Assembly: GCA_038087875.1 (NCBI GenBank)
Contig: CM075993.1
Location: 5,706,001-5,770,000, forward strand
Origin: Malacoraja senta
Taxonomy: Eukaryota
DNA: 64,000 bases
Direction: 5' to 3'
Shown: positions 26,350 through 37,200 of the stretch, one piece after another
Layout of the letters: every line of letters begins with the position of its first letter
Numbering within the stretch: position 1 is the first letter of the stretch
Notes under the pieces: model-generated
The model's input: only the letters and a program-made list of their open reading frames with translations
Database searches by the model: none
What the model was told of the DNA's origin: nothing
Position numbers and translations under genes: made by a program

Positions 26350-27690
26350 AGTCATATTTATTTATATAGCACATTTAAAAAACAACTCTCGTTGGCCAAA
26401 GTGCTTTACATTTGTTATAAGAATAATAGAAACATAGAAACATAGAAACATAGAAATTAGGTGCAGGAGTAGGCCATTCGGCCCTTCGAGCCTGCACCGC
26501 CATTCAATATGATCATGGCTGATCATCCAACTCAGTATCCCGTACCTGCCTTCTCTCCATACCCCCTGATCCCTTTAGCCACAAGGACTGCCAATCACAC
26601 CCCCCCCCCCCTGACACTCCTCCCACCAGGATTTATTAGATTAGATTTATTTATTTACTGCTCATATTTATGTCGCTCTTCTAGGGAGATGCTAACTACA
26701 TTTCGTTGTCTCTGTACTGTACACTGCACAATGACAATAAAGTTGAATCTGATCTGAATCTAACTCCCTCTTAAATATAGCCAATGAACTGGCCTCGACT
26801 ACCCGCTGTGGCAGAGAGTTCCAGAGATTCACCACTCTCTGTGTGAAAAAAGTTCTTCTCATCTCGGTTTTAAAGGATTTCCCCCTTATCCTTAAGCCGT
26901 GACCCCTTGTCCTGGACTTCCCCAACATCGGGAGCAATCTTCCTGCATCTAGCCTGTCCAACCCCTTAAGAATTTTGTAAGTTTCTATAAGATCCCCTCT
27001 CAATCTCCTAAATTCTAGAGAGTATAAACCAAGTCTATCCAGTCTTTCTTCATAAGACAGTCCTGACATCCCAGGAATCAGTCTGGTGAACCTTCTCTGC
27101 ACTCCCTCTATGGCAATAATGTCCTTCCTCAGATTTGGAGACCAAACTGTACGCAATACTCCAGGTGTGATCTCACCAAGACCCTGTACAACTGCGAACA
27201 AACAAACTACATACATATATACATATAGCCCTCGCTCAGAGGACGTCAACAAAGGCTTGGGAGTAGAGAAGAGTTTTTAGTCTCGACTTAAAGGAGTCGA
27301 TGGAGCGGGCAGTTCTGATGGGAAGGGGGATGCTGTTCCACAGTCTAGGAGCTGGAACCGCAAAGGCGCGGTCGCCCCTGAGCTTATGCCTAGACCGCGG
27401 GATATTCAGCAACCCCAAGTCGGCCGATCTGAGGGACCTGGAGGTGGAGTGGTGGGTGAGAAGACTTTTAATGTAGGTGGGGGCAAGCCCATTGAGGGCT
27501 TTGTGGACATGGAGGAGGATCTTGAAATGTGTACGGAACCGCACAGGGAGCCAGTGGAGAGAGGCCAGGATCGGGGTGATGTGGTCCCTTTTTCGGGTGC
27601 CCGTCAGGAGTCTCGCTGCGGCGTTTTGGACCAGTTGCAGGCGGGACAGGGAAGATTGGCTGATGCCAGTGTTTAGGGAGTTGCAGTAAT
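26350..27690 (-). mobile_element. L2-type LINE fragment interrupted by a CR1 fragment (about 26429-27193), itself interrupted by a + strand Rex1-like tail (about 26586-26757)
   Basis: L2: FKILLHVHKALNGLAPTYI..RSLRS..GDRAFAVPAPRLWNSIP. CR1: EGVQRRFTRLIPG..RRLRGDLIETYKIL. Confidence 0.82.
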
Positions 27691-27809
27691 CTTGTCACGT
27701 GTACCGAGGTACAGTGAAAAGCTTTTTGCTGCGTGCTATCCAGTCAGCAGAAAGACAATACATGATTACAATCGAGCCATTCACAGTGTACAGATACACG
27801 GTAAGGGAA

Positions 27810-28600
27810 TGTGTAGGAAGGAACTGCAGATGCTGGTTTAAACCGAAGATAGGCACAAAAATGCTGGAGTAACTCAGCGGGACAGGCAGCATCTCTGGAT
27901 GTCTGAAGAAGGGTCTCGACCCGAAACGTCACCCATTCCTTCTCTCCAGAGATGCTGCCTGTCCGCTGAGTTACTCCAGCATTTTGTGTCTATCTTCAGC
28001 CATAAAGAGGGGTTGGACAAACTTGGATTATCATATTCCAAAGAGCATGGCTTTAAGGTGAGAAGGGAAAAACTTAGACTTATGTGGCGGGTGTCTAGAA
28101 GGGACTGCAGGGAAATAGGTGAAGGCAGATACAATAACAATGTTTAACAAAGCATTTAGATACATACCCAGGCTGGAAATAGTATGAAATAGGTCTGAAG
28201 ATGGGTCTGGACCCAAGACGTCACCCATTCCTTCTCTCCAGAGATGCTGCCTGACCCGCTGAGTTACTCCAGCATTTTGTGTCTACTGGCTATAGACCAT
28301 GTTGCACCTTAAATTCCCATCGTGGTTGCTGCAGCCAGGTCGGGGGGAGGCATGTTCCTGTGCTGTATTGTTCCATGTTCTCGGACTCTGGCACCGTGAA
28401 CACTCCCAGCAAGACGTTTGATATGTGTAGGAAGGAACTGCAGGTGCCGGTTTAAACTGAAGATAGACACATAAAAAGCTGGAGTAACTCAGCGGGACAG
28501 GCAACTGGAGGAGGGCCTCGACCCGAAACGTCACCCATCCATTCTCTCCGGAGATGCTGCCTGTCCCGTTGAGTTACTCTGGCTTTTTGTGCCTATCTAA
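27810..28600. mobile_element. Three Penelope-derived elements (about 27810-27998, 28192-28284, 28424-28598) with a CR1 remnant between them
   Basis: Shared arms; intact CTGAAGAAGGGTCTCGACCCGAAACGTC at 27903-27930. Confidence 0.78.
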
Positions 28601-28644
28601 GGCATCTCTGATGGCCTGCGCTGGTTTTGAGGCCAACCCCTTCA

Positions 28645-29031
28645 ACATAGAAACATAGAAAATAGGTACAGGAATAGGCCATTTGGCCCTTCGAGCCTGC
28701 ACCGCCATTCAATGTGATCATGGCTGATCATCCAACTCAGTATCCCATCCCTACCTTCTTTCCATACCCCCTGATCCCTTTAGCCACAAGGGCCACATCT
28801 AACTCGCTCTTAAATATAGCCAATGAACTGGCCTCAACTACTTTCTGTGGCAGAGAATTCCACAGATTCACCACTCGCTGTGTGAAACAAAATCTTCTCA
28901 TCTCGGTCGTAAAAGACTTCCCCCTTATCCTTAAACTGTGACCCCTTGTTCTGGACTTCCCCAACATCGGGAACAATCTTCCTGCATCTAGCCTGTCCAA
29001 CCCCTGAAGAATTTTGTAAGTTTCTATAAGA
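28645..29031 (-). mobile_element. CR1 LINE 3' fragment
   Basis: LIETYKILQGLD..RVVNLWNSLP; (TTTCTATG)n tail. Confidence 0.87.
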
Positions 29032-29092
29032 TATTTCCCTACATAAAGCACAGCACAGAAAAAGACACTTTGCTGTTCTATGTTAAAAAAAA

Positions 29093-29500
29093 ACAAGGAA
29101 CTGGAGATACACAAAAATGCTGGAGAAACTCAGCGGGTGCAGCAGCATCTATGGAGCGAAGGAAATATTTCCTTCGCTCCATAGATGCTGCTGCACCCGC
29201 TGAGTTTCTCCAGCATTTTTGTGTACCTTCGATTTTCCAGCATCTGCAGTTCCTTCTTTAACACAAGGAACTGGAGATGCTGGTTTACAAAAAAAAAAGA
29301 GACAAATCGCTGGAGTAACTCAGCGGGTCAGGCAGTATCTCTGGAGGACATGGATAGGTGATGGTTTGGGTTGGGACTGTTCTTCAGACCTAGAAAGTCA
29401 CCTACCCATGTTCTCTGGAGATGCTGTCTGACCCGCTGAGTTACTCCAGCACTTTGTCTCTTTTTTTTGTTGTAAACCAGCATCTGCAGTTCCTTGTTGT
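29093..29500. mobile_element. Nested Penelope-derived hairpins
   Basis: The inner hairpin 29109-29262 is flanked by a perfect ACAAGGAACTGGAGAT (29093-29108, 29263-29278), which is itself the end of the outer hairpin. Confidence 0.82.
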
Positions 29501-30193
29501 TTTTTTTACATAGAACAGCACAGGATCAGGCCTTTTGATCCACATGTTGCCAAACTAATCTCCTTGGCCTGCGTGTGATACATATCCCAGCCTCCATTCC
29601 ATGCGGTCCAAGTTACTGTCTAAAAACCTCTTAAATGCCACTATTGTGCGGTGATGGTCAGATTCCGATCAGGCCAGCAACTGGCTGAGATCATCCGTAC
29701 AACTCTGTTGTTTCGGAATGGCGAGACGTTGGACTGGGCTGGAACGGAGGGACAGGGTCTGATGTAATGAAAGTTCCTGGGAAATTTCCAGCGCTCCATG
29801 GAGAAGAATAAAGCGCAGACTTGTCAATTCAGGAGGCTGGTCTTTGTCGAGGATAAACCAAGGGGTTATTTATTCCACAGTGATTACTTAATGCTTCAAT
29901 GAGAGGGAGAAAAATAATCCCTGAAAATGTTTGCTCAATGGCAGGCTCTGAGTGTGGCCCCAACTCGCTCGTTCGTATTAATTCAGGACACAATAGCAGG
30001 ACTAGCGGTGGGTAGTGTCTGGTGGGTCTCATAGAGACGGGTAATTAGAGAGAGTGCAGACCGTGACCGAGTTACATCACCCGTTGACGCGGGGGTCTGC
30101 ATTCGTTTGCGGGATTGGGGGGGGGTTGGGGGGGGGGGGTCAACACAACTCTCATTCATCCTTGCAGAAAACACTTTCAAAAGAAGTGTTTTC

Positions 30194-31330
30194 AGAGAGA
30201 GAGAGACAGAGACAGGGAGAGAGAGAGAGAGATACAGAGAGACAGAGAGAGACAGAGAGAGACAGAGAGAGACAGAGAGAGACAGAGAGAGACAGAGAGA
30301 GACAGAGAGAGACAGAGAGAGACAGAGAGAGACAGAGAGAGACAGAGAGAGACAGAGAGAGACAGAGAGAGACAGAGAGAGACAGAGAGAGACAGAGACA
30401 CAGAGAGAGACAGAGACAGACAGAGAGATACAGACACACAGAGAGAGACAGAGAGAGAGAGACAGGGAGAGAGACAGACAGAGAGAGTGACGGAGAGATA
30501 CAGAGAGAGTGACGGAGAGATACAGAGAGAGTCACAGAGAGAGAGACAGGGAGAGAGAGGGAGAGAGAGGGAGAGAGAGGGAGAGAGAGGGAGAGAGAGG
30601 GAGAGAGAGACAGAGAGAGACAGAGAGAGACAGAGAGAGACAGAGAGAGACAGAGAGAGACAGAGAGAGACAGAGAGAGACAGAGAGAGACAGAGAGAGA
30701 CAGAGAGAGACAGAGAGAGACAGAGAGAGAGAGAGACAGAGAGAGAGAGAGACAGAGAGAGAGAGAGACAGAGAGAGAGAGAGACAGAGAGAGAGAGAGA
30801 CAGAGAGAGAGAGAGACAGAGAGAGAGAGAGACAGAGAGAGAGACAGAGAGAGAGACAGAGAGAGAGACAGAGAGAGAGACAGAGAGAGAGACAGAGAGA
30901 GAGACAGAGAGAGAGACAGAGAGAGAGACAGAGAGAGAGACAGAGAGAGAGACAGAGAGAGAGACAGAGAGAGAGACAGAGAGAGAGACAGAGAGAGAGA
31001 CAGAGAGAGAGACAGAGAGAGAGACAGAGAGAGAGACAGAGAGAGAGACAGAGAGAGAGACAGAGAGAGAGACAGAGAGAGAGAGACAGAGCGAGAGAGA
31101 CAGAGACAGAGAGAGAGACAGAGACAGAGAGAGAGACAGAGACAGAGAGGGAGACAGAGACAGAGAGGGAGAGAGACAGAGAGGGAGAGAGACAGAGAGG
31201 GAGAGAGACAGAGAGGGAGAGAGACAGAGAGGGAGAGAGACAGAGAGGGAGAGAGACAGAGAGGGAGAGAGACAGAGAGGGAGAGAGACAGAGAGTGAGA
31301 GAGACAGAGACAGAGACAGAGAGAGACAGA
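30194..31330. repeat. GA-rich array of about 1.1 kb (GAGAGAGACA-type 10/12-nt units)
   Basis: Directly visible. Confidence 0.97.
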
Positions 31331-31759
31331 GTTCTTGGTCCTTTCAGGAGACTTATCATTCTCTTTTGTGCATGCGGATGGCACCACTGCGTCAAGGCCA
31401 GAAGCAATTCAGAGCCGAGACTTTTGGTACAAAGGAGAAACAAGGAACCCCAGATGCAGGACGGAACTGCAGATGCTGGTTTAGACCGAAGATAGGGACA
31501 AAAAAGCTGGAGTAACTCAACGGGACAGGCAGCATCGTTTTGGGTCGAGACTGAGAGTCAGGGGAGAGGGAATCGAGAGATATAGACGGTGATATAGAGA
31601 AAAGTAGAACAAATGAATGAAAGATATGCAAAAACAATTCCACACAGACAGCAGCCCTAATCAGGATTTGATGCTGTGAGGCTGCAACTCTACGGCTGAA
31701 GGCACCATTTTCAACACAGCACCATTTTCCTGCACAACCTCCATATTCCCTGAATACTC

Positions 31760-32490
31760 TCACAGCACAGAATCAGGCCCTTCGGCCCAACTTGCCCATG
31801 CCAACCAAGAAGCCCCTTCTAAGTTGGTCCCTTATGCCCACGTTTGGTCCGCATCGCTCTAAACCCTTCCTATCCATGCACCTGTCCACAGGTCTTTTAA
31901 ATATTGTTATCGCACCTGCCCCAAGTAGCTCCTCTGGCAGCTCGCTTCGTACACCCACCAGCCTCTCAGGGAAAAAGTTGCCCCACAGGTTTCCATTTAA
32001 TATTTCCCCTCTCACTGTAAACCTATATCATCTGGTTCTTGACTCCCTTGCCCAAGGTTCAAGATCCCGCGTATTCCCCTCTTGGTTTAGACGGAGATTT
32101 ATACAGAAATAGGTTCACAAGTGATAGGTGCAGAATTAGGCCTTTCGGCCCATCACGTCTATCCCACCATTCAATCATGGCTGATCTATCTCTCCCTCTC
32201 AGCCCCATTCTCCTGCCTTTTCCCCATAACCTCTGACACTCGTACTAATCAAGAATCTATCAATCTCTGCCTGAAAATATCCAGAATGTCCAGAAATTTA
32301 CCAGTCTGTTTCCGATGAACCTCGGTGACTGAGGTGGAGGATTTCCAGCACTCCTGACCCTTCGAGTGATGATGTTTCTCCTCATCTCAGCCCTACGTGG
32401 GCCAGCCCTTAGACGGAGACTAAGGCCCTGGTTCTGGAATCCTGAGACAGGGAAATATCCCCCCCCCCACCTCCCTCCATCCATGCTGTC
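31760..32490 (-). mobile_element. Two degraded CR1 3' fragments
   Basis: Both CR1 tail types recognisable (about 31765 and 32120). Confidence 0.65.
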
Positions 32491-32611
32491 CAATTAAATT
32501 AGATTATTCTGGGCCCAGTATAGTCTAGTCAACCGTACCTGACCTAAATTAGATTATTCTGGGCCCAGTATAGTCTAGTCAACCGTACCTGACCCCATCC
32601 CAAGAAGCAGC

Positions 32612-32886
32612 TCACGGTGGCGCAGCGGTAGAGTTGCTGCCTTACAGCACTTGCAGCGTCGGAGACCCGGGTTCGATCCCGACTACGGGTGCTGTCTGTA
32701 CGGAGTTTGTACATTCTCCCCGTGACCACGTGGGCTTTCTCCGAGATCTTTGCTTTCCTCCCGCACTCCAAAGACGTACAGGTGTGTAGGTTAATTGGCT
32801 TGGTGTAAAGTGTGAAATTGTCCCTAGTCGCGGACTCGGTGGGCCGAAGGGCCTGTTTCCATGCTGTATCTCTAAACTAAACTAAA
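32612..32886 (+). mobile_element. HE1/V-SINE-like SINE
   Basis: CACGGTGGCGCAGCGGTAGAG..GGTTCGATCCC..CTAAACTAAACTAAA. Confidence 0.87.
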
Positions 32887-32890
32887 CCAT

Positions 32891-33642
32891 TCATAGAAAC
32901 ATAGACAATAGGTGCTGGAGTAGGCCATTCGGCCCTTCGAGCCCGCACCGCCATTCAATATGATCATGGCTGATCATCCAACTCAGTATCCTGTACCTGC
33001 CTTCTCTCCATACCCCCTGATCCCTTTAGCCACAAGGGCCACATCTAACTCCCTCTTAAATATAGCCAATGAACTGGCCTCAACTACCTTCTGTGGCAGA
33101 GAATTCCACAGATTCACCACTCTCTGTGTGAAAAATGATTTTCTCATCTCGGTCCTAAAAGACTTCCCCCTTATCCTTAAACTGTGACCCCTTGTTCTGG
33201 ACTTCCCCAACATCGGGAACAATCTTCCTGCATCTAGCCTGTCCAACCCCTTAAGAATTTTGTACGTTTCTATAAGATCCCCCCTCAATCTTCTAAATTC
33301 TAGCGAGTACAAGCCGAGTCTATCCAGTCTTTCTTCATATGAAAGTCCTGCCATCCCAGGAATCAGTCCGGTGAACCTTTTCTGTACTCCCTCTATGGCA
33401 AGAATGTCTTTCCTCAGATTTGGTGACCAAAACTGTACGCAATACTCCAGGTGTGGCCTCACCAAGACCCTGTACAACTGCAGTAGACCTCCCTGCTCTT
33501 ATACTCAAATCCTTTTGCTATGAATGCTAACATACCATTCGCTTTCTTCACTGCCTGCTGCACCTGCATGCCTACTTTCAATGACTGGTGTACCATGACA
33601 CCCAGATCTCGTTGCATCTCCCCTTTTCCTAATCGGCCACCA
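32891..33642 (-). mobile_element. CR1 LINE 3' fragment, relatively young
   Basis: QRDLGVMVHQSLK..KKANGMLAFI and LVRPHLEYCVQFWSP..RRLRGDLIETYKIL. Confidence 0.9.
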
Positions 33643-33932
33643 GTGGTCCTGGGGTCTCCTGGCAACCACAGAGCAGGGAACCATCTCACATGTAGGGAAT
33701 AAGAGTGCCTTCAGCCCTTCAGAATTCTGCTAGGATAACAGAGAGAAAATAATTCTGCGAGAATTACTGAAAGAACAGCTCTTTTGCATATACCAAAGAT
33801 GACACAAAATGCTGGAGTAACTCAGCCGTGACAGGCAGATCTCTGGAGAGATGGAATGGGTGATGTTTCGGATCAAGACCATTCTTCAGCTTGTCACTCC
33901 AGCATTTTGTGTCTATCGTTGGTGTAAACCGG

Positions 33933-34163
33933 CATAGACAATAGACAATAGACAATAGACAATAGGTGCAGGAGTAGGCCATTCGGCCCTTCGAGCCAGC
34001 ACCGCCATTCAATGTGATCATGGCTGATCATCCCCAATCAGTACCCCGTTCCTGCCTTCTCCCCATATCCCCTGACTCCACTATCTTTAAGAGCCCTATC
34101 TAGCTCCCTCTTGAAAGCATCCAGAGAACCTGCCTCCACCGCCCTCTGAGGCAGAGAATTCCA
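33933..34163 (-). mobile_element. CR1 3' end inserted into a Penelope hairpin
   Basis: (CTATTGT)n tail; the hairpin terminus resumes as CTGCAGTTCCTTCCTACACA at about 34164. Confidence 0.75.
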
Positions 34164-34202
34164 CTGCAGTTCCTTCCTACACAATGATCAGAACCACCTC
34201 AC

Positions 34203-34351
34203 ACCCATGGGACCCACTCTGCCAGTAATGCCCCCCGGACTAGCGTGGCGAGTTGGTAAGGCTTGAGTGTGTGTGGCTCTACTGTGGCAGAGTGGGTGTG
34301 AGCCAGTGTAACTCAGTGTAGCCGTGCCCAGCCAGCACCTGCTAGATGGTT
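34203..34351 (-). CDS. Candidate divergent PPIP5K1 3' exon
   Basis: Unique-sequence island between repeats with CCTTTCAG| acceptor, GTGAGG donor and an open phase-1 frame (EPSSRCWLGT..GRVGPMG); no homology recognised. Confidence 0.3.
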
Positions 34352-34713
34352 CTGAAAGGACAGCTCCCATGCAGGAAAAAATGTGAAAGAAGGAACTGCA
34401 GATGCTGGTTTATACCGAAGATAGACACAAAATGGAGGAGTAACTCAGCGGGACAGGCAGCGTCTCTGGAGATGTTGTTGTTGATGTTTTGGGTTGGGAC
34501 CCTTCTTCAGATTGAAAGTAGAGGGGGAGGAGGGAGGAGGGAGGAGGGAGGAGGGAGGAGGGAGGAGGGAGGGGGGGAATAAACTGGAGGTGAGGAAAGG
34601 CCAGAACAAATCATGGCCAGAAACAGATGACCTCATGAAGGATGGAGTCCATAATGGTCCATTGTTGGTTGGGAGAGGTGCGATAGCAAGAGGGATACAA
34701 GGAAGTGACCAGT

Positions 34714-35256
34714 GAGGGAGGGGGAGAGGGAGGGGAGGGGAGAGGGAAGAGAGGGAGGGGAGAGGAGGGGAGAGGGGAGAGGAGGGGAGAGGGGAGGGGA
34801 AGGGAGGGCGGGGAGAGGGGAGGGGAGAGGAGGGGAGGGGAGAGGAGGGGAGGGGAGGGAGTGGGAAGAGAGGGGAGGTGAGAGGGAGGGGAGAGGGAGG
34901 GAGAGGAGGGGAGGGAGGGGAGGGGAGGGGAGGGGAGGGGAGAGGAGGGGAGGGGAGGGAGTGGGAAGAGAGGGGAGGGGAGGGGAGAGGAGAGGGGAGG
35001 GGAAGAGAGGGAGGGGAGAGGAGGGGAGGGGAGAGGAGGAGAGGGGAGAGGGGAGAGGAGAGGGGAGGGGAAGAGAGGGGAGGGGAGAGGAGGGGAGGGG
35101 AGAGGAGGGGAGGGGAGAGGAGGGGAGGGGAAGAGAGGGAGGGGATTGGAGGGGAGGGGAGAGGGGAGGGGAGGGGAGAGGGGAGAGGAGGGGAGGGGAG
35201 GGAGGGGAGGGGAAGAGAGGGAGGGGAGAGGAGGGGGAGAGGGGAGAGGGGAGAGG
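34714..35256. repeat. Polypurine (GGGAG/GGAGA)n array running into the gap
   Basis: Directly visible. Confidence 0.95.
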
Positions 35257-35456
35257 NNNNNNNNNNNNNNNNNNNNNNNNNNNNNNNNNNNNNNNNNNNN
35301 NNNNNNNNNNNNNNNNNNNNNNNNNNNNNNNNNNNNNNNNNNNNNNNNNNNNNNNNNNNNNNNNNNNNNNNNNNNNNNNNNNNNNNNNNNNNNNNNNNNN
35401 NNNNNNNNNNNNNNNNNNNNNNNNNNNNNNNNNNNNNNNNNNNNNNNNNNNNNNNN
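35257..35456. other. Assembly gap (200 N)
   Basis: Run of N; true size unknown. Confidence 0.99.
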
Positions 35457-36019
35457 AAAATAAAATTTAAAATAAAACCCATTAACAGGGGGTTGGGTTA
35501 TTAATAGGAGTAATATCCAAGTCAGAAATATCAGCCTGTTTGGTGCAACCAAAACCCCAAAGGTGTTGGATTATCAGAGTTTTACTGTAATTGTGACATT
35601 TTTAAAGAGATAGCAATGGATTCGACTATCACAACATGAAAATAAGATTCTGCTGGAAAGCTAAGCCGAATTTTGTCACCAGTGTGTTCAAGATAAAGTA
35701 GTAAAATCCGTTCCCACTGGGCTGCTGACCAAGCAACCTGTTCTTGAAACCCTGCATCGTGCAGCACTTGTTATTTGCTTGAGATAGAAACAATTCACTT
35801 GTCCCCAACAACCAAATGGGAGAGGGAGGGAGAGGGGGAGAGGGAATAGCGTATAAACATTGGTCTCATTGATTTTGTTTATAAGAGATGCCATGGGGGA
35901 GAATTCTTGTGACAAAATGAAAGACCACTGACTGTTATTCGGATCACTTTCTGAATGTTAGGCCTGGTGTCCTTAAAAAGTCTAATTTGAGAATCATTTG
36001 TAAAGACAACACTAAAAGC

Positions 36020-37200
36020 AATGTATAGATGGTAAATAAGGCATATGATATGCTTGCCGTCATTGCTAGGGACAGTGAGTGCAAGAGTCGGGAAGTTATA
36101 ATGCAGCTCTATAGGACCTTGGTTGGGCCACTTTTGGAATATTGTGAGCTGTTCTGTTTGCCCCATTACAGGAAAGACATGGAAGCTATGGAGAGGGTGC
36201 AGAGGAGGTTTACCAGAAAGCTGTCAAGATTAGAGGGTTTCAGCCACAATGGATAGACTTGGATTGTTTTCTCTGGAACGTCAGAGGTTGAGGGGAGACT
36301 TGATAGAAGTCCACAGAATTATGGGAGGCATAGGCACGGCAGACAGTCAATACCCCCCCCCCCCCCCCCCTCCCCTCTACAAACTACTTAAACAAATGTT
36401 AATTGAAAATGATTTCCGGTTACCTTATGGAAAAGTGGGCCACAATTTAATAGAATATTTATCATCATTTTATTTAATGGAATTTTGGCTTAATGGGTTT
36501 TGGAATACTGTATTTCATTGTCATCTGGTACTTTTTCCCCTCTAATTATATTCTCCCACAAAAAGGGAAGCAATGACAAACAAAATTACCATTGATTTCC
36601 AAAAGATTTGGGTCAAAAGCTGAAAAAAAATCCAATCCACCTGGATCAGAGTAACAGCAACTGCATGGTAGCAGGGAACTCAAAAAATAATGAATGCACT
36701 AAATGCAACTGTGATTTCAAATTACAGACAATTGGAAAGAGGGCAAAAGCAGTTCGCCTGGAATTTACCTAGACTTGAGTGCTTGAATTATAAGGAGGGA
36801 TTGTAACTTTTTTTGGAGAGTGTAGGAGGCTGAGGGGTGACTTACGCAGCTGTAAAAGATGACCACAGGCATGGATAAAGTGAACTCTCAGTCTTTTATC
36901 CCCAGTGTAGAGAATTCTAAAACTAGAGGGCAGAGGCTTAGGTGAAAGGGGAGAGACTTAAGAGGGACTCCAGGGCAGTTTTGTTTTTATCCGGGAGTAG
37001 TCCATATCTGGAATTAGCTGCCTGAGGAAGCCATAGACGCGGATACAATTACGACTTTCAAAAGACTTTTGGACAAATATATGGTTAGGAAGTGTTTAGA
37101 TGGCTCTGGGCCAAATGGAACTAGTCCAGCAGGCCAACTTAGTCAGGATGGACCAGATGGGCTGAAGGGCCTGTTTCCGTATTGTACAGCTCTAAGACTA
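36020..37200 (+). mobile_element. Older CR1 fragments (about 36020-36350 and 36755-37200)
   Basis: LYRTLVGPLLEYC..ERVQRRFTR and LGLFSLERQRLRGDLIEV. Confidence 0.75.

Noticed and set aside
30054..31515. Plus-strand RE-rich ORFs (also 34712-35504)
   Set aside because: Stop-free simple repeats and N runs.
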